From Kineococcus radiotolerans SRS30216 = ATCC BAA-149 (GTDB lineage Bacteria; Actinomycetota; Actinomycetes; Actinomycetales; Kineococcaceae): a stretch of 32,000 nucleotides of DNA. How positions within the stretch are numbered: the first letter of the stretch is position 1; each line of letters begins with the position of its first letter. Positions 1-8,458 of this stretch are shown here, in pieces. A program made the position numbers and the translations under genes. The notes under the pieces are model-generated. The model was not told the origin of the DNA. It ran no database searches and saw nothing but the letters and a program-made list of their open reading frames with translations. Location: positions 4,110,001 through 4,142,000 of the forward strand of contig NC_009664.2 of the NCBI RefSeq assembly GCF_000017305.1. The letters run 5' to 3'.

Positions 1-840
1 CGGGCCCACGACCTCCAGGAACCCGCCCGAGACCAGGGCCAGGGTGAACCCGAGCCGGTGCAGGGTCCGGCACAGGGTCCGGGCGCCGGGGGTGAGGACG
101 ACCGCCTCGCGCACGGCCTGGACGACGGAGACGTCCAGGCCCTCCAGGCAGGCCACCCGCTGGCGCAGCGACGCGGCGAAGTCGATCTCCCCGCGCATCG
201 CCCGCTCGGTGACGGCGGCCACCTCGGCCTCGCGCCCGGCGTGGGCGGCGAGGAGCTCGATGACCTCCTGCTGGATGAGGGTGGAGTCCACGTCCATCAC
301 CACCAGGCGCCGTCCCATCCGAGCCAGACCCGCGGGGGAGACCGCCGCGTCCAGGCCGTGGCGACCGGCCTCCACCGCCAGGGTGCGGCGCAGCGCGGTC
401 AGCTCGGAGGGACCGCCGTGGGCGGAGACGTCGAGCTCGACGCTGGTCACCGGCTGCGCCGACATCCGCCGGATCCGGTCGACGTTGGCGCCGGCCTGGG
501 CCAGCACGGTGGTGATGCGCGCGATGGCCGCGGGGACCAGCGGAGCCCCCAGCAGGGTGACGTGCAGCCGCCGGGGACGCGCCGCGCTCACCACGGGTTC
601 GGGTGCGGTGCAGGTGGTCTCCAGGCCCTGCAACCCCGCGACCGTGCCCGGGGCGACGGCGGCCGCCACCGCCCCGGGCACCGGGTCGGTCACCAGCGCC
701 GACAGCGTGAGGATGCCGCCGACCACGACCTGCTCCACGTCGAGGACGTGGCCCTCCGTCGCGGCGAGGGCGGCGAACAGCGCCGACGTCACCCCGGGCC
801 GGTCGGGTCCGGTGACGGTCACGAGCACGCTGGCGGGCAC
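1..840 (-). CDS. serB: phosphoserine phosphatase SerB (ACT-ACT-HAD); C-terminus runs off the window
   Basis: The minus-strand translation is in phase with nt 1. It reads VPASVLVTVTGPDRPGVTSALFAALAATEGHVLDVEQVVVGG... (ACT-like repeats), then MGRRLVVMDVDSTLIQQEVIELLAAHAGREAEVAAVTERAMRGEIDFAASLRQRV...GGFLEVVGP (HAD motif I DxDST). GTG at 840 is the first start after the in-frame stop at 877-879. It is preceded by TAGGGT (853..848) plus 7 nt. Confidence 0.85.
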   Translation of the reverse strand, partial: MPASVLVTVTGPDRPGVTSALFAALAATEGHVLDVEQVVVGGILTLSALVTDPVPGAVAAAVAPGTVAGLQGLETTCTAPEPVVSAARPRRLHVTLLGAPLVPAAIARITTVLAQAGANVDRIRRMSAQPVTSVELDVSAHGGPSELTALRRTLAVEAGRHGLDAAVSPAGLARMGRRLVVMDVDSTLIQQEVIELLAAHAGREAEVAAVTERAMRGEIDFAASLRQRVACLEGLDVSVVQAVREAVVLTPGARTLCRTLHRLGFTLALVSGGFLEVVGP

Positions 841-876
841 GCCCGGAACCCTACCGGGCGTGCCCGTCGCGCCCGG

Positions 877-1680
877 TCAGGCGTTCTTGGCGTCGCGCCA
901 GGCGATGACGTCGGCGAGGAAGCCCATGTCGTAGTCGGGTCCGCCGACGCCGACGGTGAACAGCCGGCCCCCGGCCGCGTGCAGGGCGTCGGCGGTCTCC
1001 GTCCCGTCCTTCGGCTCGATGCCGACCGAGCGCTCGATCTCCAGGGGGTCGCGGCCGATCTCGGCGCAGCGCTCGTCGAGGATCCCGCTCTTGCGGGTGA
1101 AGGTCTCCACGTCGCCGAAGGAGTGCCAGATGTCGGCGTGCTTGGCCACGATGCGCAGGGTCTTCTGCTCCCCGCCGCCGCCGATGAGGACCGGGATGTG
1201 GCGGGTGGGTGCGGGGTTGAGCTTCGCCAGCCGGCTCTCGATGCGCGGCAGGTCGTCGCGCAGCTTGTTCAACCGCCCGCCCGCGGTGCCGAACTCGTAG
1301 CCGTACTCGTCGTAGTCCTTCTCGAACCAGCCCGAGCCGATGCCCAGGACCAGCCGCCCGGTGCCGGTGTCGTGGGCCGAGACGTGGTCCACGGTGCGGG
1401 CCATGTCGGCCAGCAGCTCGGGGTTGCGGTAGGAGTTGCAGGACACCAGGGCGCCGATCTCGATCCGCGACGTCGCCTCGGCCCAGGCCGCCAGCATCGT
1501 CCACGCCTCGAAGTGCAGGCCCTCGGGGTCGCCGTAGAGGGGGTAGAAGTGGTCCCAGTTGAAGGCGATGTCGGCGCCCATCTCCTCCGCGCGCGCGGCC
1601 GCGGCCCGGATCGCCGGGTACTGCGCGTGCTGGGGCTGGATCTGGATGCCGATGCGCACCGGGCGCGGATCTGCGGTCAT
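877..1680 (-). CDS. LLM-class (luciferase-like) flavin/F420-dependent oxidoreductase
   Basis: 267-aa ORF with high GC3. The sequence RIGIQIQPQHAQYPAIRAAAARAEEMGADIAFNWDHF...LVLGIGSGWFEKDYDEYGYEFGTAGGRLNKL...PVLIGGGGEQKTLRIVAKHADIWH is typical of the LLM TIM-barrel family. The ATG at 1680 follows TAGGGT-N6. Confidence 0.85.
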   Translation of the reverse strand: MTADPRPVRIGIQIQPQHAQYPAIRAAAARAEEMGADIAFNWDHFYPLYGDPEGLHFEAWTMLAAWAEATSRIEIGALVSCNSYRNPELLADMARTVDHVSAHDTGTGRLVLGIGSGWFEKDYDEYGYEFGTAGGRLNKLRDDLPRIESRLAKLNPAPTRHIPVLIGGGGEQKTLRIVAKHADIWHSFGDVETFTRKSGILDERCAEIGRDPLEIERSVGIEPKDGTETADALHAAGGRLFTVGVGGPDYDMGFLADVIAWRDAKNA

Positions 1681-1712
1681 GCCCCGACCCTAGATCGCGC
1701 CCGGCCGCACGA

Positions 1713-2951
1713 CTAGGTGGGGATCGTCTGCCCCTTGCCGACCACGGTGATGCCGGAGTCGGTGACGTGGAAACCCCGGGCCCGGTCCTCCTCCGGGTCC
1801 ACCCCGATGCGCGCGTCGTCGGGCACGGTGACGAACTTGTCGACGATGGCCCGCTGCACCACGGCGTGGCGCCCGACCTGCACCCCGTCCATGAGGACGG
1901 ACTCGCTGACGTGGGCCCAGGAGTCGAGCCGGACGTTGGGGGAGACCACCGACTTCTCCACCAGCGCCCCGGACACGACGGTGCCCTGGGAGACGATGGA
2001 GTTCACCGCGTGCCCGTAGGTGCCCTGCCAGCCGTGGACGAACTTCGCCGGCGGGTAGTAGTCCTGGGCGGTGATGATGGGCCACTCGTAGTTGTAGAGG
2101 TTGAACACCGGCAGCACCGAGATGAGGTCCATCTGGGCCTCGAAGTAGGAGTCCAGCGTCCCCACGTCGCGCCAGTAGGCGCGGTCGCGGTCGGTGGCGC
2201 CGGGGACCTCGTTGTCCTTGAAGTCGTAGACGGAGGCCTGCCCGCGGGAGACGAAGTCGGGGACGATGTCCCCGCCCATGTCGTGCTTGGAGCCCTCGTT
2301 CTCGGAGTCGCGGGTCACCGCGTCGACGAGCGCGTCGGCGTCGAAGACGTAGTTGCCCATCGAGGCCAGCACCTCGTGGGGGGAGTCCTCCAGGCCCTGG
2401 GGGTCCTTCGGCTTCTCCAGGAACTCCGCGATCCGGTTCGAGCCCGGGGCGGTCTGGATGACGCCGAACTGGTCGGCCAGCGAGATGGGCTGGCGGATCG
2501 CGGCGACCGAGCAGGGCGAGCCGGAGGCGATGTGGGCGTCGACCATCTGCGAGAAGTCCATGCGGTACACGTGGTCGGCGCCGACCACGACGACGATGTC
2601 GGGCCGCTCGTCGGAGACGAGGTTGAGCGACTGGTAGATGGCGTCGGCCGAGCCGAGGTACCAGCGCTGGCCCACGCGCTGCTGGGCGGGCACGGAGGCG
2701 ATGTAGGAGCCGAAGAGGTTCGACATCCGCCAGCCCTGGGAGATGTGGCGGTCCAGCGAGTGCGACTTGTACTGGGTGAGGACCACGACCTTGCGGTAGC
2801 CCGCGTTCACGAGGTTCGACAGGGCGAAGTCGATGAGGCGGTAGGTCCCCCCGAACGGGACGGCGGGTTTGGCCCGGTCGGCGGTGAGCGGCATGAGCCG
2901 CTTGCCCTCCCCACCGGCGAGGACGATCGCGAGGACGTTCGGTGTGGCCAC
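1713..2951 (-). CDS. glgC: glucose-1-phosphate adenylyltransferase
   Basis: [65 protein letters not shown]...GADHVYRMD...[18 protein letters not shown] is the canonical GlgC sequence. The tracked ORF extends to 3032 and would overlap glgA. I prefer the GTG at 2951 ([10 protein letters not shown]), which follows TATCGT-N7. Confidence 0.93.
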   Translation of the reverse strand: MATPNVLAIVLAGGEGKRLMPLTADRAKPAVPFGGTYRLIDFALSNLVNAGYRKVVVLTQYKSHSLDRHISQGWRMSNLFGSYIASVPAQQRVGQRWYLGSADAIYQSLNLVSDERPDIVVVVGADHVYRMDFSQMVDAHIASGSPCSVAAIRQPISLADQFGVIQTAPGSNRIAEFLEKPKDPQGLEDSPHEVLASMGNYVFDADALVDAVTRDSENEGSKHDMGGDIVPDFVSRGQASVYDFKDNEVPGATDRDRAYWRDVGTLDSYFEAQMDLISVLPVFNLYNYEWPIITAQDYYPPAKFVHGWQGTYGHAVNSIVSQGTVVSGALVEKSVVSPNVRLDSWAHVSESVLMDGVQVGRHAVVQRAIVDKFVTVPDDARIGVDPEEDRARGFHVTDSGITVVGKGQTIPT

Positions 2952-3009
2952 GAGGGGCACGATAGGCCCCGCTACCGTGACGTGCCCACCAGTGAGGGAA
3001 GGAAGTCCC
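2952..3009. promoter_or_regulatory. divergent glgC/glgA control region (58 bp)
   Basis: Minus strand: -10-like TATCGT (2964..2959), then 7 nt, then the glgC GTG. Plus strand: TACCGT (2973..2978), then the purine-rich SD gggaaggaag just before the glgA ATG at 3010. Confidence 0.45.
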
Positions 3010-4200
3010 ATGCGTGTCGACCTGCTGACCAAGGAGTACCCGCCGGAGATCTACGGCGGAGCGGGGGTCCACGTCGAGGAACTGGTCCGCGCGCTGCGCG
3101 CCGTGCCCGGTGGCCCGGAGGTGCAGGTGCGCTGCTTCGGGGCCCCGCGCACCGAGCCCGGCGCCACCGCCTACCCCGAGCCGGCCGACCTCGCCGGGGC
3201 CAACGCGGCCCTGCGCACCCTGGGGGTGGACCTGCCGATGGCCGCCGCCGTCGAGGGCGCCGACCTCGTCCACTCCCACACCTGGTACGCCAACACCGCC
3301 GGGCACCTGGCCTCCCTGCTGCACGGGATCCCCCACGTGGTCACCGCCCACAGCCTCGAACCGCTGCGGCCCTGGAAGGCCGAGCAGCTCGGCGGGGGCT
3401 ACCGCGTCTCCTCCTGGGCGGAGAAGACCGCCTTCGAGGCCGCCGCGGGCGTCGTCGCCGTCAGCGCCGGCATGCGCGCGGACATCCTGCGCAGCTACCC
3501 CGCCCTGGACCCCGCCCGCGTCCACGTCGTCCACAACGGCATCGACGCCACCGAGTGGACGCCCGTCGAGGGCCGGGACCTGGTGCGCGCCAACGGGGTC
3601 GACCCCGACCGCCCCAGCGTCGTCTTCGTCGGGCGCATCACCCGGCAGAAGGGCCTGCCGCACCTGCTGCGCGCCTGCGCGCAGCTGCCGCCGGAGGTCC
3701 AGCTCGTCCTGTGCGCCGGCGCCCCGGACACCCCCGAGATCGCCGCCGAGGTCGCCGGCCTCGTCGCCGACCTGCAGCGGACGCGCGAGGGCGTGGTCTG
3801 GCTGGACCGCCACCTCTCGCGCCCGGAGCTGCTCGAGCACCTCTCCCAGGCCACCGTCTTCGTCTGCCCCTCGGTGTACGAGCCCCTGGGCATCGTCAAC
3901 CTCGAGGCCATGGCCTGCGGCGCCGCCGTCGTGGGCACCGCCACCGGCGGCATCCCCGAGGTCGTCGAGGACGGCGTCACCGGGTGGCTGGTGCCCATCG
4001 AGCAGGTCACCGACGGCACCGGTGCCCCGGTGGACCCCGACCGCTTCGTCGCCGACCTCGCCGCCACCCTGGCCGAGGCCGTCGCCGACCCCGACGTCGC
4101 CCGCGCCCGCGGGGCCGCCGGGCGCGCCCGGGCCGTCGAGCACTTCTCCTGGGACGCCATCGCCGCCCGCACCCTGGAGGTGTACCGCTCGCTCCTGTGA
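3010..4200 (+). CDS. glgA: GT4 glycogen synthase / alpha-maltose-1-phosphate synthase family (GlgA/GlgM type)
   Basis: [29 protein letters not shown]...[12 protein letters not shown]...[12 protein letters not shown]...[39 protein letters not shown]. The ATG at 3010 has an upstream SD. The ORF-track start at 2869 lies inside the glgC leader. Confidence 0.9.
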   Translation: MRVDLLTKEYPPEIYGGAGVHVEELVRALRAVPGGPEVQVRCFGAPRTEPGATAYPEPADLAGANAALRTLGVDLPMAAAVEGADLVHSHTWYANTAGHLASLLHGIPHVVTAHSLEPLRPWKAEQLGGGYRVSSWAEKTAFEAAAGVVAVSAGMRADILRSYPALDPARVHVVHNGIDATEWTPVEGRDLVRANGVDPDRPSVVFVGRITRQKGLPHLLRACAQLPPEVQLVLCAGAPDTPEIAAEVAGLVADLQRTREGVVWLDRHLSRPELLEHLSQATVFVCPSVYEPLGIVNLEAMACGAAVVGTATGGIPEVVEDGVTGWLVPIEQVTDGTGAPVDPDRFVADLAATLAEAVADPDVARARGAAGRARAVEHFSWDAIAARTLEVYRSLL

Positions 4201-4262
4201 GCGGGCCCCCGCCCGCCGCCGGGCGGGTCCGCGCCCCCGGCGGGCCGGGTAGGTTCGCCGGG

Positions 4263-4469
4263 GTGGACGAGCGCGCGCGGGAGGACCGGGGCTGGCTGGC
4301 CGCCTACCGGGGGCTGAGCCCCGAGCAGGTCCGGCGGCGGGCCCGGGACGAGGGGCGGCCGCTGCGGGTCCTGCACCCGGGCTCGGTGGTGACCATGGAC
4401 TTCCGCCCCGACCGGCTCAACCTGCACCTCGACGAGCACGGGGAGCCGCTGGACGTCACCGCCGGTTGA
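4263..4469 (+). CDS. small I78-family peptidase-inhibitor-like protein (68 aa)
   Basis: VDERAREDRGWLAAYRGLSPEQVRRRARDEGRPLRVLHPGSVVTMDFRPDRLNLHLDEHGEPLDVTAG. The motif R-V-x-x-PG-x-x-V-TMD[FY]RPDRLN...G is the hallmark of Inhibitor_I78. TAGGTT (4250..4255) plus 7 nt precedes the GTG. An alternative GTG at 4197 overlaps the glgA stop. Confidence 0.6.
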   Translation: MDERAREDRGWLAAYRGLSPEQVRRRARDEGRPLRVLHPGSVVTMDFRPDRLNLHLDEHGEPLDVTAG

Positions 4470-4503
4470 GGACCGACCGCGCGGACCGCCGGCCCCGGCA
4501 CCC

Positions 4504-5322
4504 CTAGGGGCGGGCCGGCTCGGCGTGGGCGTTGACCGCGGCCACCAGCGCCCGCCGGGCCACCCCGGCGACCTCGCGCAGCGCCCGCGCCCGCGAGGTC
4601 GCCTCCAGGCTGGTGATGGCGGCCCCGTCGTCCTCGGTGGCCAGGTCCACGATGGCCAGCACGCGCGCGGCGGTCTGCAGCACGCGCGTGACCCGCGGCG
4701 ACGTGCCCGCGGGGACGGCGTCGCGGGCCAGGCCCCCGTCGCGCACCGCCGCGATCCGGTCCGCGGCGTCCTCGCGCCAGCGCGCCACGTCCAGCGTCGC
4801 CAGGGCCTGGGTGGCGGTGCTCAGGGCCACCCGCAGCTCCCGCTCGGACTCCGCGACGCTGGAGCTCTCCGGGGCCCGGCGCGGCGCGGCGCCCAGCACC
4901 CGCCACGTCACCAGCGCCCCCGGTTCCCACACCGACCCGAACTCGGTGACCTCCGGGACCAGGGCCCAGCGCTGCGCGCACCCGTCCAGCTCCGCGACCA
5001 CGCACTCCCCGGCCTCCAGGGCGGCGACGTTGACCGCCGCGGGCCCCGGCAGCCCCCGCGGGTCCCCGGGCACCGGCAGCGCCAGCAGCAGCCGCCCCCC
5101 GCCGGCGGTGTGGGCGCACTCGGCCAGCGCCGCCAGCAGAGTGCGCACGTCGTCGGGGGTGCCGGGCAGACCCGGCAGGGCGCTCGCGCCCTCCTCGAAG
5201 CTCACCGCGTGCGGCTCGTCGTCGCGCAGCACGGCGGCCACCGCGGGCTCCAGGGGGACGTCCGCGCTCAGCACACCGGTTCCCCAGGCGGCCAACCGCG
5301 CGGAGCGGGGCAGGTCCAGCAC
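4504..5322 (-). CDS. conserved hypothetical protein (Ala/Leu-rich, no recognised domain)
   Basis: The ORF has high GC3 from VLDLPRSARLAAWGTGVLSADVPLEP... to ...ALVAAVNAHAEPARP. GC3 collapses upstream of the GTG at 5322 (ggt cgt agg ctt). TAGGCT (5335..5330) plus 7 nt precedes that GTG. The ATG at 5397 is the alternative start. Confidence 0.6.
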   Translation of the reverse strand: MLDLPRSARLAAWGTGVLSADVPLEPAVAAVLRDDEPHAVSFEEGASALPGLPGTPDDVRTLLAALAECAHTAGGGRLLLALPVPGDPRGLPGPAAVNVAALEAGECVVAELDGCAQRWALVPEVTEFGSVWEPGALVTWRVLGAAPRRAPESSSVAESERELRVALSTATQALATLDVARWREDAADRIAAVRDGGLARDAVPAGTSPRVTRVLQTAARVLAIVDLATEDDGAAITSLEATSRARALREVAGVARRALVAAVNAHAEPARP

Positions 5323-5395
5323 GGCCCGAAGCCTACGACCCGCGCCGCCCGGGCCGGAGCGGCCGGGTCGCGGCGGGGTCGTTAGGGTCGCCGGC

Positions 5396-6202
5396 ATGAC
5401 CACCTCCCCGCACCGAGCGCCGGCGTCGGTGCTGGACCTGTCCGCGGTCACCGTCCGGCGGGGGACCAGCGTGCTGCTGGACGCCGTGGACCTGGCCGTC
5501 GAGGAGGGCGAGCGCTGGGTCGTCCTCGGTCCCAACGGCGCCGGGAAGTCCACCCTGCTGTCCCTGGCCGCCGGGCGGCTCTTCCCCACCTCCGGCACGG
5601 TGGGGATCCTGGGCGAGACCCTCGGCCGCGTGGACGTCTTCGAGCTGCGCCCGCGCATCGGCCTGGCCAGCACCGCCCTGGGCAACGCCGTGCCCGGGCA
5701 GGAGCGCGTCCGCGACGTCGTGGTGACCGCCGCCTACGGCGTCACCGGCCGCTGGCGGGAGGAGTACGACCCCCACGACGAGGCGCGCGCGGAGCACCTG
5801 CTGAGCCTGCTCGGGGTGGCCCACCTCGCCGGGCGCGCCTTCGGGACCCTCTCCGACGGAGAACGCAAGCGCACCCAGATCGCGCGGGCCCTCATGACCG
5901 ACCCCGAGCTGCTGCTGCTGGACGAACCCGCCGGTGGCCTGGACCTCGGCGGGCGCGAGGACCTGCTGCGCCGCCTCACCGCGCTGGCGGCCGACCCGGC
6001 CGCCCCCACCACCGTGCTGGTCACCCACCACGTCGAGGAGATCCCCGTCGGCACCACGCACGCGCTGCTGCTGCGCGAGGGCGCGCGGGTGGCGGCCGGC
6101 CCCGTCGAGGAGGTCCTCACCTCGTCGGCGCTGTCGGGGACCTTCGGCCTGGCCCTCGACGTCGAGCACCGCGACGGCCGGTTCTCCGCGCGCGCGGTGT
6201 AG
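5396..6202 (+). CDS. ABC transporter ATP-binding protein (stand-alone ATPase, no adjacent permease)
   Basis: Walker A GPNGAGKSTLL, signature LSDGERKRTQIARAL, Walker B LLLLDEPAGGLD and H-loop VLVTHH are all present. The ATG at 5396 follows TAGGGT (5383..5388) plus 7 nt. Confidence 0.9.
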   Translation: MTTSPHRAPASVLDLSAVTVRRGTSVLLDAVDLAVEEGERWVVLGPNGAGKSTLLSLAAGRLFPTSGTVGILGETLGRVDVFELRPRIGLASTALGNAVPGQERVRDVVVTAAYGVTGRWREEYDPHDEARAEHLLSLLGVAHLAGRAFGTLSDGERKRTQIARALMTDPELLLLDEPAGGLDLGGREDLLRRLTALAADPAAPTTVLVTHHVEEIPVGTTHALLLREGARVAAGPVEEVLTSSALSGTFGLALDVEHRDGRFSARAV

Positions 6203-6268
6203 CCCGCCGGGGGCGGCCCGGGTCGCGTTCGCCTCGCCCGCGGCTGCTCCCCCTGCCAGGGTGGACCC

Positions 6269-6418
6269 ATGGTCTCCGTCCCGGACTTCTCCCAGGCTCC
6301 TGCCGCTGCGGCCGTGGAGCTGGTCACCCCGCCGGACGCCGAGCCGGTCCCCGCTCCGGTCGCGGCGCCGGAGGCGGACGACCGCGAGCCCGGGGTCGAG
6401 ACCGGGTCCGGGGGCTGA
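6269..6418 (+). CDS. candidate small ORF (49 aa, acidic Pro/Ala-rich peptide)
   Basis: MVSVPDFSQAPAAAAVELVTPPDAEPVPAPVAAPEADDREPGVETGSGG. It is below the size cutoff of the ORF track. Third-position GC is high. CAGGGT (6257..6262) plus 6 nt precedes the ATG, matching the leaderless pattern seen elsewhere in the window. Confidence 0.3.
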   Translation: MVSVPDFSQAPAAAAVELVTPPDAEPVPAPVAAPEADDREPGVETGSGG

Positions 6419-6479
6419 CGCCCGGCCCCGGGTGCGGCACCGGGAGGTGGCGCCGGTCGGGGTGGGTCATGCTGGGACG

Positions 6480-7082
6480 GTGCGCCGGTGGGATCCGCTC
6501 CAGGAGCAGGGAACCCGCCAGCAGCGGCGGATCGTCGCGGCGGGGCCCCCCGTCCCCTCCACCGCGGACGTCGCCGGCTTCGAGGCCTACCCCCGCTTCT
6601 ACGCCAAGGTGCGTCACGGACGGCTGCTGGACTCCGCGGGCACCTTCGAGGAGATCGTGCGCTCGGCCCGCGGCGGCTGGGCGACCGGGACGACGGTGAC
6701 CGCGACCCACCTGGCCCCCGACCGCCACCCCGTGCTGCTCGCCCGCCCCCGCACCGGTGAGGTCGCCGAGGCGACGTGCGCGGCCACCCGCTGGGTGGCC
6801 GAAGTGCCCGGGGACGCGACCTCGGAGCTGGTGGCCGCGCTGCGGACCCTGCGGGCCTTCGACGCCCTGCCGCAGATGAGCATCCAGAGCGACGTGGTCC
6901 CCGGATCCGCGGCCGCCGCCACCCAGGCGGCGTGGCTGCGGGGGGAGGTCCGGGCCGGGGTAGACGGGTTCCGCGTCCAGTGCCCGCTCCCGCCGGGCCA
7001 CGAGGGCCTGTGCGTGGTGCCCGCCCTGGCCGGGGACGTGAGGTGGAGCTGGGACCGCGAGCGCGAGGTCATCGTCACCTGA
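6480..7082 (+). CDS. hypothetical protein (about 200 aa)
   Basis: High-GC3 frame: VRRWDPLQEQGTRQQRRIVAAGPPVPSTADVAGFEAYPRFYAKVRHGRLLDSAGTFEEIV...DVRWSWDREREVIVT. CATGCT (6468..6473) plus 6 nt precedes the GTG at 6480. The overlapping minus-strand ORFs are Arg/Pro junk. The start is uncertain; the GTG at 6447 is an alternative. Confidence 0.55.
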   Translation: MRRWDPLQEQGTRQQRRIVAAGPPVPSTADVAGFEAYPRFYAKVRHGRLLDSAGTFEEIVRSARGGWATGTTVTATHLAPDRHPVLLARPRTGEVAEATCAATRWVAEVPGDATSELVAALRTLRAFDALPQMSIQSDVVPGSAAAATQAAWLRGEVRAGVDGFRVQCPLPPGHEGLCVVPALAGDVRWSWDREREVIVT

Positions 7083-7139
7083 CCCGCGCCCTGCCCGCCC
7101 CGGGGGCGGTCCCGCCCCGCTGGGGTCCACCTGACGCCC

Positions 7140-8372
7140 TCAGGCCTCCGCGGCGCCCCCGCCGCGGCGTTCGGCGAGGACGGCGGCGAGGTCGGTGAGA
7201 AACTCCCGGACCGCGGCGCGCACGTCGTCGGCGTCCCACTCGAGCCCGGCGCGGCCGACGGTGATCTCGGTGCGGGAGAGGCCGGGGGGCAGGCCGGGTT
7301 CGCGCCAGGGGTGGGTGAGGAGGGCGGTGCCGGTGCGCTCGGCCTGGCGGGTGGCGGCCTCGGTGAGGACGTCGGCGGGGTGGGGCAGCCAGAGCTGGAA
7401 CTGGTGGGTGTGCGGGGTGGCGGGGTGGACGGCGAACCAGGGGACGCCCGCGGCGGTGAGTTCACCGGCGAGGGCGTGCGCGACCACGCGGGCCCGGGCC
7501 ACCTGGGCGGGCAGCCGCGGGAGTTCCTGGTCCAGGCCGTGGAGGGCGGTGAGGGCGGCGGGGAACTGCTGAAAGATGTTGCCGCCGTAGCGGTGCCGTT
7601 CCAGGCGGGCGTGCTCGACGAACGCGGCGGGGCCGGCCAGGGCCGCGCCGGAGAGGCCCCGCAAGGACTTGTAGAAGGAGACGTAGACGCTGTCGGCGAG
7701 GGCGGCGATCTGGTCGAGGGGGCGCCCGAAGTGGTCGGTGGTCTCCCAGAGGCGGGCGCCGTCGACGTGGACGGCGGCGCCGCGGTCGCGGGCCGCGGCG
7801 GTGACGTCGACGAGTTCCTCCCAGGTGGGGAGCAGGTACCCGGCGTCGCGCAGGGGGAGTTCGAGCACGAGGGTGCCGAACGGCTCCGCGACGCCGCGCA
7901 CGTCGTCGGCGGTGGTGGGGCGCGGCGCGGTGGTGACGGGGACGGTGCGCAGGCCGGCGAGGCGGGGGAGGGCGTCGGACTCGTGGACCAGGAGGTGGGA
8001 GAGGGCGTGCAGGGCGACCGTGCCCCGCCCGTCGCCGGGTCCATCGCCGGGTCCGCCGCCGGTTCCGCCGCCGCGCCCGTCGCGGGCGGCCCAGCAGCGG
8101 AGGGCGACCTGCTGGGCCGTGGTCCCGGAGGGGAAGAACGCCGCGTCCTCGGTGCCGAGGAGGTCCGCGACGCGCCGTTCGAGGTCGGTGACGACGCCGT
8201 CGCCGTAGACGTCGACGGAGGAGTCGAGGTCGACCCCGCCCGCGGCGACGGCGAGGTCGTCGAGGCGCTGGCGCAGGGTGGCGGTGGTGGTGGGGCGGTC
8301 CAGGACGCGGGCGGCCCGCTGCACGGCCCGCACCTCGCGCTCACCGCGGGTGGCTCTCCTGCTGCTGCTCAC
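7140..8372 (-). CDS. threonine aldolase / beta-eliminating-lyase family PLP-dependent enzyme
   Basis: VDVYGDGVVTDLERRVADLLGTEDAAFFPSGTTAQQVALRCWA...HALSHLLVHE...VHVDGARLWE...DSVYVSFYKSLRGLSGAALAG (the K in YKSL is the candidate PLP lysine). The start is either the GTG at 8372 (TACGAT-N7) or the ATG at 8381. The tracked ORF up to 8915 has an Arg/Pro-rich artefactual N-terminus. Confidence 0.75.
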   Translation of the reverse strand: MSSSRRATRGEREVRAVQRAARVLDRPTTTATLRQRLDDLAVAAGGVDLDSSVDVYGDGVVTDLERRVADLLGTEDAAFFPSGTTAQQVALRCWAARDGRGGGTGGGPGDGPGDGRGTVALHALSHLLVHESDALPRLAGLRTVPVTTAPRPTTADDVRGVAEPFGTLVLELPLRDAGYLLPTWEELVDVTAAARDRGAAVHVDGARLWETTDHFGRPLDQIAALADSVYVSFYKSLRGLSGAALAGPAAFVEHARLERHRYGGNIFQQFPAALTALHGLDQELPRLPAQVARARVVAHALAGELTAAGVPWFAVHPATPHTHQFQLWLPHPADVLTEAATRQAERTGTALLTHPWREPGLPPGLSRTEITVGRAGLEWDADDVRAAVREFLTDLAAVLAERRGGGAAEA

Positions 8373-8458
8373 CGGAGGCATCGTAGGTGAGGACCCCGCC
8401 GCCGAGGTCCTGCGCGGCGGCCGCGCTCCCGACGGCCCGTTCCCGTCGACGGTGCGTC

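Noticed and set aside
1690-4469. ORFs of 817 aa (minus) and 900 aa (plus) spanning the glgC/glgA locus.
   Set aside because: They are out of frame or antisense to unambiguous GlgC and GlgA sequences. Only the last 68 codons of the 900-aa frame (the I78-like gene) look genuine.
5395-5398. The palindromic CATG could give ATG starts on both strands (5396 plus, 5397 minus). That would mean two divergent genes overlapping at their start codons.
   Set aside because: On the minus strand the 25 codons after ATG 5397 include low-GC3 codons (cta, cga, ggt, cgt, agg, ctt), which are atypical of coding sequence here. The GTG at 5322 carries the TAGGCT-N7 leaderless signature. The plus-strand ATG is retained.
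6614-8344. A 576-aa Pro/Ser/Thr-rich minus-strand ORF, with other ORFs at 6324..7130 and 7311..8390.
   Set aside because: The sequence is low in complexity and lies in alternative frames of the aldolase-like gene and the 6480..7082 gene. No start signals are present, and GC3 is lower than in the chosen frames.
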